64,000 bases of DNA. It comes from an uncultured Hyphomicrobiales bacterium. GTDB taxonomy: Bacteria > Bacteroidota > Ignavibacteria > Kapaibacteriales > UBA2268. The DNA is taken from positions 72,646 through 136,645 of the forward strand of contig CAZJAH010000004.1 of the NCBI GenBank assembly GCA_964544155.1, given 5' to 3'. This document shows positions 14,101-22,089 of the stretch, one piece after another; within the stretch, counting starts at the first letter, position 1; each line of letters starts with the position of its first letter. The notes under the pieces are model-generated. The model saw only the letters and a list, made by a program, of their open reading frames with translations, had not been told where the DNA came from and searched no databases. The position numbers and the translations under genes were made by a program.

Positions 14101-14978
14101 ACAGGACCTTTATTATGATGCCAACGATATTCGGATTCAACGTTTTCAATAATACTATTGACAATGTTGTTAATATTTTCGAAGATAGAAGTACTGAGGT
14201 AGATTCCCTCAACGAAGTTCAGTATAACAGGGATTTGCAGCGTACACTCTCAGGAGCATTCTATGACGGGCTGGAAGCATTCTCAATATTCGGAGGCTCG
14301 GCAGGCAGGTTCCTTCCAGCCATTAACTGGGCTATCCGGTGGGAAGGGCTTGAAGAATGGGAACTGTGGCAGGGGCTCATCAAACGCATGTCGGTTGAAC
14401 ATTCATATGTATCAACTTACCAGGAGAACGTGGAAATAACTGATGACGGCAGGTCGGTTCAAAGTCAGATGGCACAGTACGGTTTCCAGCCATTTGTCGG
14501 CGTGACAGCTACTTTCGATGATGATAAACTCGACGGCAATCTTACGGCTAACTTCAGGATTGCAACACAATCATCATTTACGCTTAATTCCGCGGCGAGA
14601 TCGACTATATCGCGGCAGAGTACCACAGAGATCACTGGACAGGCTGCTTATACCATGAAAGGCTTTGAGTTCCCCTTATTCGGGCTGATCCTGGAGAATG
14701 ATTTCGAGCTAAGCTTTATGGCTACTTACAAAAACAATGACAGAGCAACTTATGACCTGCTTAACAGGGATACTTTCAACAATAATGAAGGCCAGACACT
14801 CGACGGCAATACACAAATCATTCTCGAGCCAAGAGCTAGATACTCCATGAGCAACAGGGTTACGGCTTCGTTCTTTGTACGCTATGAAGGAACCTTCACC
14901 GAAGGAGCTGCTCAGCCCGGCTTCCATACTACCCAGGTAGGCCTGGATATCAGGATATCAATCGCCGGCGGCAGATAA
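8172..14978 (+). CDS. sprA: SprA-like T9SS translocon / gliding-motility outer-membrane beta-barrel protein (2268 aa)
   Basis: Size in the SprA range (F. johnsoniae SprA is ~2400 aa). Signal-peptide-like N-terminus. Composition rich in Gly/Asn/Tyr/Thr, typical of giant beta-barrels. Surrounded by T9SS CTD cargo genes. The start codon is TTG, with an in-frame TAA immediately upstream, so the start assignment is uncertain. Confidence 0.7.
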   Translation: MSGSFYIIFSKLLLWALLITLSSNFLYSQDESLFRVDESLFDGDTVRQTRLRFLKAPDIKRLDPGYRFDNKRIPPGYERNYAIDTAKGTYHFSEQIEGIDITPEYEIGLNEYLLKRKEQIQEQTWDSLITRYDIKKALSGGDLARLMAQSTGLTIPLPPNPLMGIFGKPEISINVNGEVNLRVGWRWDSQNLGTVSAFGQTQSSPLFHQDIRVQVNGRIGDKLKLNTDWNTRRTFDYDNKFKVGYEGYDDDIIKLVEVGNVSLPLNSSLIGGGQALFGVRADFQFGPLFLKTLFSQRRGQRKFVDVRGGVSKQQFSIRAYDWSKNHFFLDLSYKDVYKEYFQYSTPVTPSSRLADSLRIGRIEVWEAQVDQKNPHQSASVAIADLRGVRREMDENYGPAEKNATIETGRVARGNFIRLDSMRYDVDYNLGTLTIENLRPDRYYAVSYKIEGATDDNIDDVYFGTFANEIGRGDTLLLKLVYHPNMQPGFGVLWDRQMKNIYSINASNVNINETSVNLWYIRQSNDSTDVLEGAPDKLVTIFGVDQVNNSTGNAPPDGVFDLKPPFFNPITGEITFPHPEPFDSLLIEYFTELGNPELANQYRFPDVYDTTYDIAARNTSRDRFVISGEVSGRQTNRISLGSFNLSPGSVRVTLDGVPLREFEDYIVDYYSGTLTLRNPRATLPNANLKIEYEQQDIFNISTRTLMGLRADYNILKSRHANAGLGMTLMHYDQSALIDRVRLGEEPVSNTMLGFDGTFNWDTPWLTKLIDLLPFYDTKAKSSITARAEWALMLPNPNKRTSEISSDQGESVVYIDDFEGAQRYISLGLNATQWQHSSQPTDTTLWPNAEDASLYRGKLFWYQYFIPRVRLRDVYPNNKTYQTGNQNINPLEITFDPDRRGIYNRNFEYLEEDHPGYQEGSPVFSQQPENRRKIWGGMMRLFSAFNTNFDTENIEFVEIMLKINQWEPGNTKMFVDIGQISEDIIPNNSLDTEDGITEDNTYPNNIIDAGEDRGIDAILDNVEKETYPEPLNLEDDPARDNYAFDFYKDDRERDENDFVNYNNFEGNSTISELGQFPDTEILNKSNGQSISLANDYFVYEINLEPDPNINTQIVGGNPDKGWFLYRIPIRKPSYRVGNPLFSHIQYVRVRFQGGIFRGQIADWRLVGSQWQRISNFQNVPPDDSVLSLAFVNLWENAGPPDFYEMPPGVSAPRQLNNPDPTQDIRMNEQSLAISVKNLKPSEERMATRIFRPLDLFFYKKLKFFIHGDGTMPGSVMPGAKPQAYAFVRFGIDSSNYYEYRRPLIRGWQDISIDLAKLTSIKQIRDTSNLFERQIIGIEGDDLGYFAIKGSPILTRVQFFGFGIANESENFQELEATMWVNELRLVEAEDGADWAGVASVDMQLADIGSINASFRNSQPNFHSLEERFGNRKTTTDWSVSMQGNLDKFAPKSFQSMKLPINYTHTEFMEDPEFVANSDVNIEEAANAAYRQAYDRAIDNGASPDEADRIGDLAREEILMSSQTMKVQDSWAMTGVKLGLPIKNWLIDDTFNKITIGYSYSQEYERSYLYEKRFNWMWRLTLEYSVPISELLTLKPLGWAENVPILGTYSGLKLNFLPNNFSAGLNMTRRRQTEKSRYLDFASPVIRDFTANRTAQIQWKLSEGGFLNPAFDYTMNSYSTLVPFEFDENGMQRTGSEIANAIFFNDGQLIDFGKNTQHTQTVNINLQPRIPDVGGINNYLDITGSFNTTYNWQDPLQPDPRIRDVAKNASWNNSIRFNAGLRLKSMADNWFGVQPPPRRPGMGRGRQAEPDTAKSAESKSFTESLGLGLKTIFLDWEKLDFIFNQTNSSMNPGVFGGNGLTNFWGRGMTFRESQNTYGPSFAYQLGLISNPHGGFNFVPSGSFPWFAFDSYTGLRPPNAVMQDNYSQQTTFEIKTTRQLWEGADLDLNWSTSLGYSRDQTVVTDEFGVPTFKNIIAMENLNRTFIMMPTIFGFNVFNNTIDNVVNIFEDRSTEVDSLNEVQYNRDLQRTLSGAFYDGLEAFSIFGGSAGRFLPAINWAIRWEGLEEWELWQGLIKRMSVEHSYVSTYQENVEITDDGRSVQSQMAQYGFQPFVGVTATFDDDKLDGNLTANFRIATQSSFTLNSAARSTISRQSTTEITGQAAYTMKGFEFPLFGLILENDFELSFMATYKNNDRATYDLLNRDTFNNNEGQTLDGNTQIILEPRARYSMSNRVTASFFVRYEGTFTEGAAQPGFHTTQVGLDIRISIAGGR

Positions 14979-15086
14979 TACCTGTATTCTATTAATAAAA
15001 TTGTTGAAAATACGTAAAAATTATCTCGTTATATTAAAATATAGTCATTATTAATCCCTCGATTAATTTTCACATAAAAAATTTAT

Positions 15087-15629
15087 TTGTTAGATTTTTT
15101 TATGAAGAGTTTTTCAATGAAATACTTATTTATTCTCCTTTGTGCCATGCTCTTTGTATCATGCGGTGAGGCAGAGGAAGAGATCAGCGAAGAAATAATC
15201 GGCACGCAGAATGTACCCATAGAAGTCACTGCGGCTTTTGGAGAAAAATATCCCGGAGCAAAAGATACTGAATGGGCAAAAGAAGAAGAAGGCATCTACG
15301 AAGCTGAATTCGAAATGGACGGAAAGGAATATGAAGCCGAATTCGACGCGGCAGGCACATGGATAAAAACAGAGTGGGAAGAAGAAGTTGAAGAACTCCC
15401 CGCTGCCGTTAAAGCATCGCTCGACAGCACTTATCCTGGGCATGAAGTAGAAGAAGCGGAATTATTCGATTCAGCTGAGTGGGGAATTGCATATGAAGTT
15501 AAAATCGAAATGGATACCGAAGGAATAGATGACATAGAAAAATTTGTTATTATCGGAGAAGACGGTACTATACACCGGGAAAAAAACGAAGACACCAAAG
15601 AAACAAAAGATGAACAGGGAGCCTATTAA
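15087..15629 (+). CDS. PepSY-like (DUF2874-type) acidic lipoprotein
   Basis: Lipoprotein signal (LLCAMLFVSCGEA). Two ~60-aa repeats of the PepSY-like pattern (YPGAKDTEW...EEGIYEAEFEMDGKEYEAEFD and LPAAVKASLDSTYPGHEVEEAELF...WGIAYEVKIEMD). The true start may be the MKYLF Met at 15117. Confidence 0.55.
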   Translation: MLDFFMKSFSMKYLFILLCAMLFVSCGEAEEEISEEIIGTQNVPIEVTAAFGEKYPGAKDTEWAKEEEGIYEAEFEMDGKEYEAEFDAAGTWIKTEWEEEVEELPAAVKASLDSTYPGHEVEEAELFDSAEWGIAYEVKIEMDTEGIDDIEKFVIIGEDGTIHREKNEDTKETKDEQGAY

Positions 15630-15761
15630 GTATCTAAAATTAAGCTGCAATATTATAGTAAGGGAGGCTCAGGCTTCCCTTTTTTATTAAAATTATTCAT
15701 TTATTCCATATATTTGAATCTTTATGACTGAATTAGGATGAACATCCGTCAAGATTAATAA

Positions 15762-16790
15762 ATGAAAAAAACATTGATATTTCTGCTTTACTTTGTTTGT
15801 GCCATGTACGCCTTTTTACTAGGTGTCAGGCAGCCTAATATCGACGGCTACGATAAAGCCAGGTTCGGCGATATGGTACACGGAGAGGCGCACCGCCCTT
15901 ATGTGTACAGGGCTTTAATGCCTGCTGTAATTCTTAGTATTGAAAAAGCCCTCCCGGATAGCGCCGAGCAGAATATCAAATCGCTTATAGCCAAAATATA
16001 TCCATTTGAAAAAGTTATTGATAAAATGGGCTGGAACCAGGAATATTACATTGAATACCTTATCGGGCTGATCCTGATGTTCGCCTGCTTGATGGCATTT
16101 ATGTACACCATTTCTTATCTGTCCCGGGGATTATTCAAATCCGGCGGGTTTGCTCATCATCTGATAGCTGTAGCTTCCATACTCTTGCTGCCGGTGATGT
16201 TCCGCTATTACATTTATCCTTATGATTTTCCCACCCTGCTTCTTTTTACTCTTGCTTTGGCTATGCTTGCCCGCGGCAGGTTTAAGGCTTATATCATTGT
16301 ATTCATTTTGGCGTCGATCAATAAGGAAACCGCGATTTTACTACCCATGTTATGGATGATATATTTCAGGCATAGCAGAAAGCAGGATCCAAAAAAGTAT
16401 TGGATATCCGCAGGACTGCAACTCGGTATTTTTCTGGTTATCAGATCAATAATCATGCTTATATACATGAATAATCCCGGCGTACCGGCAGAATTTAATT
16501 TCTTTGAATTCAATTTCCCCTATTTGTTTTCCCCGCATTCCGTGCCCGGCGTGATGAGCTTTATCATGCTTGTTATCCTGCTGTTTTACAGATGGAAGGA
16601 AAAGCCTAAATTTCTTCGGGAGGCGCTGTTTATGGGGATTCCTTTGCTAGCCCTTGCCATATTCTGGGGAGTTATTGATGAGCTCCGGATATTCTATGAG
16701 ATATATCCGGTGCTTGTATTGCTCGCGGCCCATACAATAGCCGGATTAACGGGTTACAGGCTTGAAAACCGAATGGCAAACAGGCTTTGA
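15762..16790 (+). CDS. hypothetical polytopic inner-membrane protein (~9 predicted TM helices)
   Basis: Hydrophobic helices throughout. Conserved-looking loop GDMVHGEAHRPYVYRALMP. No family recognised. Confidence 0.5.
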   Translation: MKKTLIFLLYFVCAMYAFLLGVRQPNIDGYDKARFGDMVHGEAHRPYVYRALMPAVILSIEKALPDSAEQNIKSLIAKIYPFEKVIDKMGWNQEYYIEYLIGLILMFACLMAFMYTISYLSRGLFKSGGFAHHLIAVASILLLPVMFRYYIYPYDFPTLLLFTLALAMLARGRFKAYIIVFILASINKETAILLPMLWMIYFRHSRKQDPKKYWISAGLQLGIFLVIRSIIMLIYMNNPGVPAEFNFFEFNFPYLFSPHSVPGVMSFIMLVILLFYRWKEKPKFLREALFMGIPLLALAIFWGVIDELRIFYEIYPVLVLLAAHTIAGLTGYRLENRMANRL

Positions 16791-17043
16791 TCAAATCAAT
16801 ATCAGTATTATTAACAAAATAAAAAAAACACTTTTATTCGAAAATAATCCGTATATTTAAAATCGGTTTAAAATGATTTACGGAAAACAGTGTAAATCAA
16901 TGGAGTTCAATATCTGTTAAAGCGTCATATAAGCATTTATATAGCTTTCTGATTATCATAAAATGGGGATAATAACAGATGCGAACTACATCAGGGGGCA
17001 TTAACTCAGAATACTCTGATTTTGTATCGAAAGTGATAATTGG

Positions 17044-17075
17044 AAAGTTCTTACCGCTAAAATTCTGTAAGAACC
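17044..17075 (+). promoter_or_regulatory. 8-bp perfect stem / 12-nt loop hairpin in the long 5' leader of the DEAD-box helicase gene
   Basis: gttcttac-N12-gtaagaac, ~90 nt upstream of the ATG at 17166. No trailing U-run, so not a canonical terminator. Confidence 0.35.
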
Positions 17076-17165
17076 TTAATATTCCTGTGTTATTCAACCG
17101 AAATATTTAATAATATTTTTCATTTCCTGTCCCGGAAATAATGAAAAATTAATTTAAGGTAAAAA

Positions 17166-18803
17166 ATGCCGAATTTTAAAGAAATGGGCCTGGACAGCAG
17201 GATTCTTCAGGCCATTGAGGGTCTCGGGTTTATCGAACCGACTCCGATTCAGGAACGTACAATACCCTACATCTTAGGATCAGAAAAAGATCTGATCGCG
17301 CTCGCTCAAACAGGTACTGGCAAAACAGCGGCCTTCGGACTTCCGCTAATTCATAATATCGATGTGTCCTCCAATGATACTCAGGCGCTTATACTATGCC
17401 CTACCAGAGAGCTCTGCATGCAAATTTCTAAAGATATAGCCAACTATTCCAGGTTTAAAACCGGGCTTAAAACGGTTGCCATATATGGCGGTGCGTCTAT
17501 AGAAGGGCAGATCAGGTCAGTTAAAAAAGGTGTACAAATAATTATCGGTACTCCCGGAAGAGTGATAGACCTGCTTAACAGAAAGGTAATCGCTCTGGAA
17601 AGCATTAAAACTCTTGTGCTTGATGAAGCTGACGAAATGCTGAATATGGGATTTAAGGAATCTCTGGATACCATACTTTCATCGATACCTTCTAATAAGC
17701 AGACACTGCTTTTTTCAGCCACCATGCCTAATGAAATAAGAACTATCGCGAAAAAATACATGAATGGCCCGAAAGAAATTTCAATAGATAAAAGGAATGA
17801 TTCGGCAATAAATGTAATTCATAATTATTATATATCTAAAGCTCATGATAAATATGAAACACTTAAAAGAATTGCCGACCTTAATCCCGATGTGTATGGA
17901 ATAGTATTCTGCCGTACAAGGATGGAAACAAAAAATATTGCTGAAAGACTTATTACAGACGGCTATAATGCCGACGCCCTGCATGGCGAACTCTCCCAGA
18001 TCAGGCGCGATGAGGTTATGAACCGTTTCAGAACCAAGGGCGTGCGTATTCTTGTAGCCACGGATGTCGCGGCAAGGGGCCTCGATGTAAATGATCTCAC
18101 CCATGTTATTAATTACAATCTGCCTGATGACCTCGAGCTGTATATTCACAGAAGCGGTAGAACGGGACGAGCCGGTAAAAGCGGGATATCAGTTTCCATT
18201 ATTTGCCGGCAAGACTTACATAAAGTCATGCTGATTGAAAAAAGCATTAACAAAAAATTCGAAAGAAAAAACATCCCTTCAGGAAATGATATTATTGCCG
18301 GCAGGATGAATGAACTGATCGACAGAGTAAACATGGCCGACACCACACTTCCGGGACTGAATGCCATGATTGAAGCCGCTTCAAATAAACTGGCTGATAT
18401 CAGTAAGGAAGACCTGCTTAAACGATTTATGGCGCTTGAATTTGAGAAATTCATTGAATACTATAAAAATTCTGCCGATTTAAATGTCAATACTGATAAA
18501 TTTGAGCGTCCAGCTAAAAAAAGCCCCGGCAAACGCGGCGATAAATCTATGAAGAAGGATAAAAACATTAAATTCGCGGTTTTTATGATAAATATCGGCG
18601 AAAATAATAATGTATCGGTCAGGCATGTATTAAAGATCATTAACAGGCATCTGCCGCAGAAAAATGTTGAGATCGGAGATATAAACATTATGAAGAAAAA
18701 GACTGTTTTCCAGATTGACAGCCGTTTTACAAAGGTATTTAAAAAATCCTTCAAAAATGCTGTTTATGACAACATTCCACTGGACCTGCAATCTATGAAC
18801 TAA
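17166..18803 (+). CDS. deaD: DEAD-box ATP-dependent RNA helicase with C-terminal DbpA/RNA-binding extension (DeaD/CsdA-like)
   Basis: Q-motif, motif I AQTGTGKTAAF, Ia PTRELCMQ, II DEAD, III SAT, VI HRSGRTGRAG. 545 aa with a basic C-terminal RRM-like tail. Confidence 0.9.
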   Translation: MPNFKEMGLDSRILQAIEGLGFIEPTPIQERTIPYILGSEKDLIALAQTGTGKTAAFGLPLIHNIDVSSNDTQALILCPTRELCMQISKDIANYSRFKTGLKTVAIYGGASIEGQIRSVKKGVQIIIGTPGRVIDLLNRKVIALESIKTLVLDEADEMLNMGFKESLDTILSSIPSNKQTLLFSATMPNEIRTIAKKYMNGPKEISIDKRNDSAINVIHNYYISKAHDKYETLKRIADLNPDVYGIVFCRTRMETKNIAERLITDGYNADALHGELSQIRRDEVMNRFRTKGVRILVATDVAARGLDVNDLTHVINYNLPDDLELYIHRSGRTGRAGKSGISVSIICRQDLHKVMLIEKSINKKFERKNIPSGNDIIAGRMNELIDRVNMADTTLPGLNAMIEAASNKLADISKEDLLKRFMALEFEKFIEYYKNSADLNVNTDKFERPAKKSPGKRGDKSMKKDKNIKFAVFMINIGENNNVSVRHVLKIINRHLPQKNVEIGDINIMKKKTVFQIDSRFTKVFKKSFKNAVYDNIPLDLQSMN

Positions 18804-18830
18804 TATATAAACGCAAAACTATATTGATAA

Positions 18831-18860
18831 GCCGTGCCACAAAAAAGCACGGCTTTTTTT
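18831..18860. terminator. rho-independent terminator (gccgtgc-loop-gcacggc + T7), bidirectional position between convergent deaD and ATPase genes
   Basis: Perfect 7-bp GC-rich stem followed by ttttttt on the + strand. An A-run precedes it, so it is usable from the - strand too. Confidence 0.65.
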
Positions 18861-18896
18861 AATCTCATTTTATGGCAGGGCAGCCATAAATATAGT

Positions 18897-21608
18897 TCAG
18901 CTTCTTTTTCTTTTAATGTATTTATATGTTTCCCCGCCCCACAATACCAGTGATGATAAAACTAAAATCACAACAAAATCAGTGGCCGGAATATCAGAAA
19001 ATCCGAATATATCTCTCAGGGAAGGCACCTTAATAACCATAATCTGCAATAGTATTGAAGCTAAAATTGCAAAATTCAGCCATTTATTTGTAAACATACC
19101 GATTTTGAATACTGATTCATTTAAAGAGCGCATATTAAAGGCGTTATATACAGCTGTAAGGGCAACTACAAGAAATGCGCCGGTACGCGCTGCCTCAATC
19201 CCCTCCTGTATATAGTAGTCAAAGACAAACATTGCGATAGTAACCATTATAGCAGCTATCATTATTAAGAAGGGGATGACATCCCATGATAATATGTTGG
19301 CTCCTTTTTTTACGGGTTGCTGATTCATTATGTCTCCGTGGCCTGGTTCGGCTGCCAGCGCGACATCAATTACGCCATCGGTAACAAGGTTCACGTATAA
19401 TATCATCACGGCTGTCAATGGCAGGGGAAAGCCGAAAAGCAGACCCACGACAATCACGGATATTTGAGCAAAGTTTGTGGTCAGCAGGAAGTAACTGGTT
19501 TTCTTTACATTTTCAAAAACAATCCTTCCCTGCCGTATGGCATTGACTATACTGCTGAAATTATCATCCTGAAGTACTATTTCCGAAGCATCCTTTGCAA
19601 CATCTGTTCCGCGCAGCCCCATAGATATGCCAACATCGGCTCTCTTAAGCGCGGGGGCGTCATTTACTCCGTCGCCCGTCATTGCAATAAGGGTATCTTT
19701 GGCCTGCAGCCGTTCAGCAATCCTCAGCTTGGTTTCGGGGTCTACCCGCGCGAAAACCGAAACATTGTTTATATAATCATCAAATTTTTCATCATCAACG
19801 TCAAGCTCTTTTGAGGTGATTGAAACGGGAAATTCCTGATTTTGCTTATCTTCAGCGCTTTCAACAATTCCTACCTGCTCGGCAATAGCCGCTGCTGTGC
19901 GCTTATGATCCCCTGTGACCATTATCACGCGGATACCTGCTGTTCCGCATTCATTGATGGATTCTTTCACGCCTTCCCTCGGCGGGTCTATTATTCCGGT
20001 GATTCCTGCCCAGCTCAGGCCTTTAACATCATCTGCAGTAACTGAATCAATATCGGAATTTCTGTAAGCCAGAGCAATAACGCGCATTGCGTTGCCGGTC
20101 ATTTTGTTTATCTCTTCCAGAATTTTATCCCGCTTTTCATCATCCATATCTTCAGTGCCGTCACTGCCGAGCCATTTATCGCTTAGCTCAAGCAGCTTTT
20201 CAGGCGATCCGATAACAAATATCTCTCTGCCCTCCGGGGTATCAACCAGGCTGGCCCTGAATTTTTGCTCAGAATTAAAAGGAAGGTCATCCACTAATTT
20301 GTAATCCCTGTAGGGCTCTTTTTCGGAAATGCCGGCCTTTTCCGCTACAACTAACATCGCGGCTTCCGTCGGATCGCCGGTTATTTCAGGTTCTTCTTTG
20401 TTTTTTTTATTACCTTCACTTTTCAATTTGGCATTATTGCAAAAAGCTGCAATTGCCATCATTTTGCTTTCAGCGGGGTAATCGTAAATGTCAATAGTAT
20501 CATCATTTTTTTTGAATTCGCCCTTAAGTTGATAGCCGCTGCCCGAAACATCTATTTCCCGGCCGCTTCCGCTGAATATTTTTTTTACTGTCAGTAAGCC
20601 CCGGGTGATCGTTCCGGTTTTATCCGATAGAATAGTTGAAACGGAACCCATCATTTCCGTTGCAGTAAATTCCCGTATTATGGCGTTTTGTTTTGCCATT
20701 CTTTTAGCGCCGATTGCCAGAACTATAGAAATCACAACAGGCAGGCCTTCCGGAATGGAGGATACCAGTGACGCAATGGTGACCATCAATATATCCCGAA
20801 ATTCAAAATCCCTGTAAAAATACCCTATTGAAAAAACTACTAATGCTGTAAAAGCGGCTATTCCTGCCATTTGCTTGCCCAGAGTGGCGGTTTTCTTTCT
20901 GAAATTGGATTCCTGCATTTTCATTTCGCCCATAGAGGCGGCGATCTTTCCGATCTCGGTATCCTCGCCAATGGCAGTTACGAGCGCTCTGCCGCTTCCG
21001 CGGGCAATATTGGTTCCTTTCCATACCATATTACTCCTGTCGCCCAGAGGAGTGTCTTTATCAAGCTTATCAGTATTTTTTTTAACAGGCATGGATTCGC
21101 CGGTCAGTGACGCTTCGGTCGTACGCAGGTCTTTTTTCTTCAGAACCCGTGCATCAGCAGGGATAGTTGAACCTTCTTTCAGAATAATGACATCACCCGG
21201 GACAACCTCCGCGGCAGGCATTTCCTCTTCATTGCCGTCTCTGAGAACAAATGCTTTCTTCTTGACCATGCTTTTTATCGATTGTATTGCTTTCTCGGCC
21301 TTGTATTCCTGAACGAATCCCATAGTTGCATTAAAGAGGATCACACCCAGAATGATGTAAACATCAGCCATTTGGTCGGCCCAACCGGCAATACCGGCGG
21401 CTATGATAAGTATGAGTATAAGAAAATCCTTGAACTGCTTAATGAATAGCTTTATCGGGTTCGTGCTACCTTTTTCGGGCAGAACGTTTTTGCCGTATTT
21501 TTCCTGCCTTTTGGCTGCCTCTTCCCCTGAGAGCCCTTCTTCGGAGGAAGAGAGCTTTTCCATGCATTCTTCAGAGCTGATACTATAGTAAGGAAATTTC
21601 GGGTCCAT
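18897..21608 (-). CDS. cation-transporting P-type ATPase, type IIA (Ca2+-ATPase-like)
   Basis: 903 aa. Motifs PEGLP, DKTGTIT (phosphorylation site), TGDHKRTAAAIA, GDGVNDAPAL. About 10 TM helices. N-terminal Cation_ATPase_N-like segment. Confidence 0.9.
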   Translation of the reverse strand: MDPKFPYYSISSEECMEKLSSSEEGLSGEEAAKRQEKYGKNVLPEKGSTNPIKLFIKQFKDFLILILIIAAGIAGWADQMADVYIILGVILFNATMGFVQEYKAEKAIQSIKSMVKKKAFVLRDGNEEEMPAAEVVPGDVIILKEGSTIPADARVLKKKDLRTTEASLTGESMPVKKNTDKLDKDTPLGDRSNMVWKGTNIARGSGRALVTAIGEDTEIGKIAASMGEMKMQESNFRKKTATLGKQMAGIAAFTALVVFSIGYFYRDFEFRDILMVTIASLVSSIPEGLPVVISIVLAIGAKRMAKQNAIIREFTATEMMGSVSTILSDKTGTITRGLLTVKKIFSGSGREIDVSGSGYQLKGEFKKNDDTIDIYDYPAESKMMAIAAFCNNAKLKSEGNKKNKEEPEITGDPTEAAMLVVAEKAGISEKEPYRDYKLVDDLPFNSEQKFRASLVDTPEGREIFVIGSPEKLLELSDKWLGSDGTEDMDDEKRDKILEEINKMTGNAMRVIALAYRNSDIDSVTADDVKGLSWAGITGIIDPPREGVKESINECGTAGIRVIMVTGDHKRTAAAIAEQVGIVESAEDKQNQEFPVSITSKELDVDDEKFDDYINNVSVFARVDPETKLRIAERLQAKDTLIAMTGDGVNDAPALKRADVGISMGLRGTDVAKDASEIVLQDDNFSSIVNAIRQGRIVFENVKKTSYFLLTTNFAQISVIVVGLLFGFPLPLTAVMILYVNLVTDGVIDVALAAEPGHGDIMNQQPVKKGANILSWDVIPFLIMIAAIMVTIAMFVFDYYIQEGIEAARTGAFLVVALTAVYNAFNMRSLNESVFKIGMFTNKWLNFAILASILLQIMVIKVPSLRDIFGFSDIPATDFVVILVLSSLVLWGGETYKYIKRKRS

Positions 21609-22089
21609 GATTTTGAATATAATTATTAATTATTTTTAATTACATTATTATTTATCCCGATTGTAAGGCACTTTTATTTTTTTTTTACACATCTAACTTC
21701 ACAATTACTCAAAAAAAAAAAAATGAAATTATAATAAATTAATGATGACTTGTTTTCCTTTTGATTGGGATTATCATTTTCGGGTTGAATTTTCTAAATT
21801 TAGCGATTATTAGAAATAATTAGCCAAATTGGAATATTCGTCAAGCTTTCGATTCGGGGACCATCAATGGAAGAAACTCATACGCTGCAAATCGAGACCG
21901 GAATTATATGCTGCCGGTGCGCGTTCACTGTTTATATGTGATTAGGCTCTCCGCGCTAAATCTGCCATGTATGAACTAGTGCCGGCGTTTCTGCTCGGCG
22001 CTTCTGCATACAATTGCAGTAAGCCTTTTCACCGGGCCTCCATCTGACGCTGACGACATGTTTAAAACAATGAAGGGCGGATTTTAAAA
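21609..22089. promoter_or_regulatory. 480-bp leader/promoter region of the P-type ATPase gene, with an atypically GC-rich ~250-bp core (21840-22090)
   Basis: No ORF of 60 aa or more on either strand. Long A/T homopolymers at the 5' side. The GC content of the core is clearly above the window average. Confidence 0.3.

Noticed and set aside
16897-17097. 66-aa ORF on the minus strand inside the deaD leader
   Set aside because: TTG start, no ribosome-binding site, no recognisable motif. It lies in a region better explained as the deaD 5' UTR.
21850-21900. Possible yybP-ykoY (Mn2+) riboswitch-like words (GGGGA ... CAUAC ... GAGACC) upstream of a P-type ATPase
   Set aside because: The words lie on the plus strand while the ATPase is on the minus strand. 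The segment is far too short (~46 nt) for the four-helix riboswitch. The L1 sequence is GGGGACCA rather than GGGGAGUA. No plus-strand gene lies downstream.
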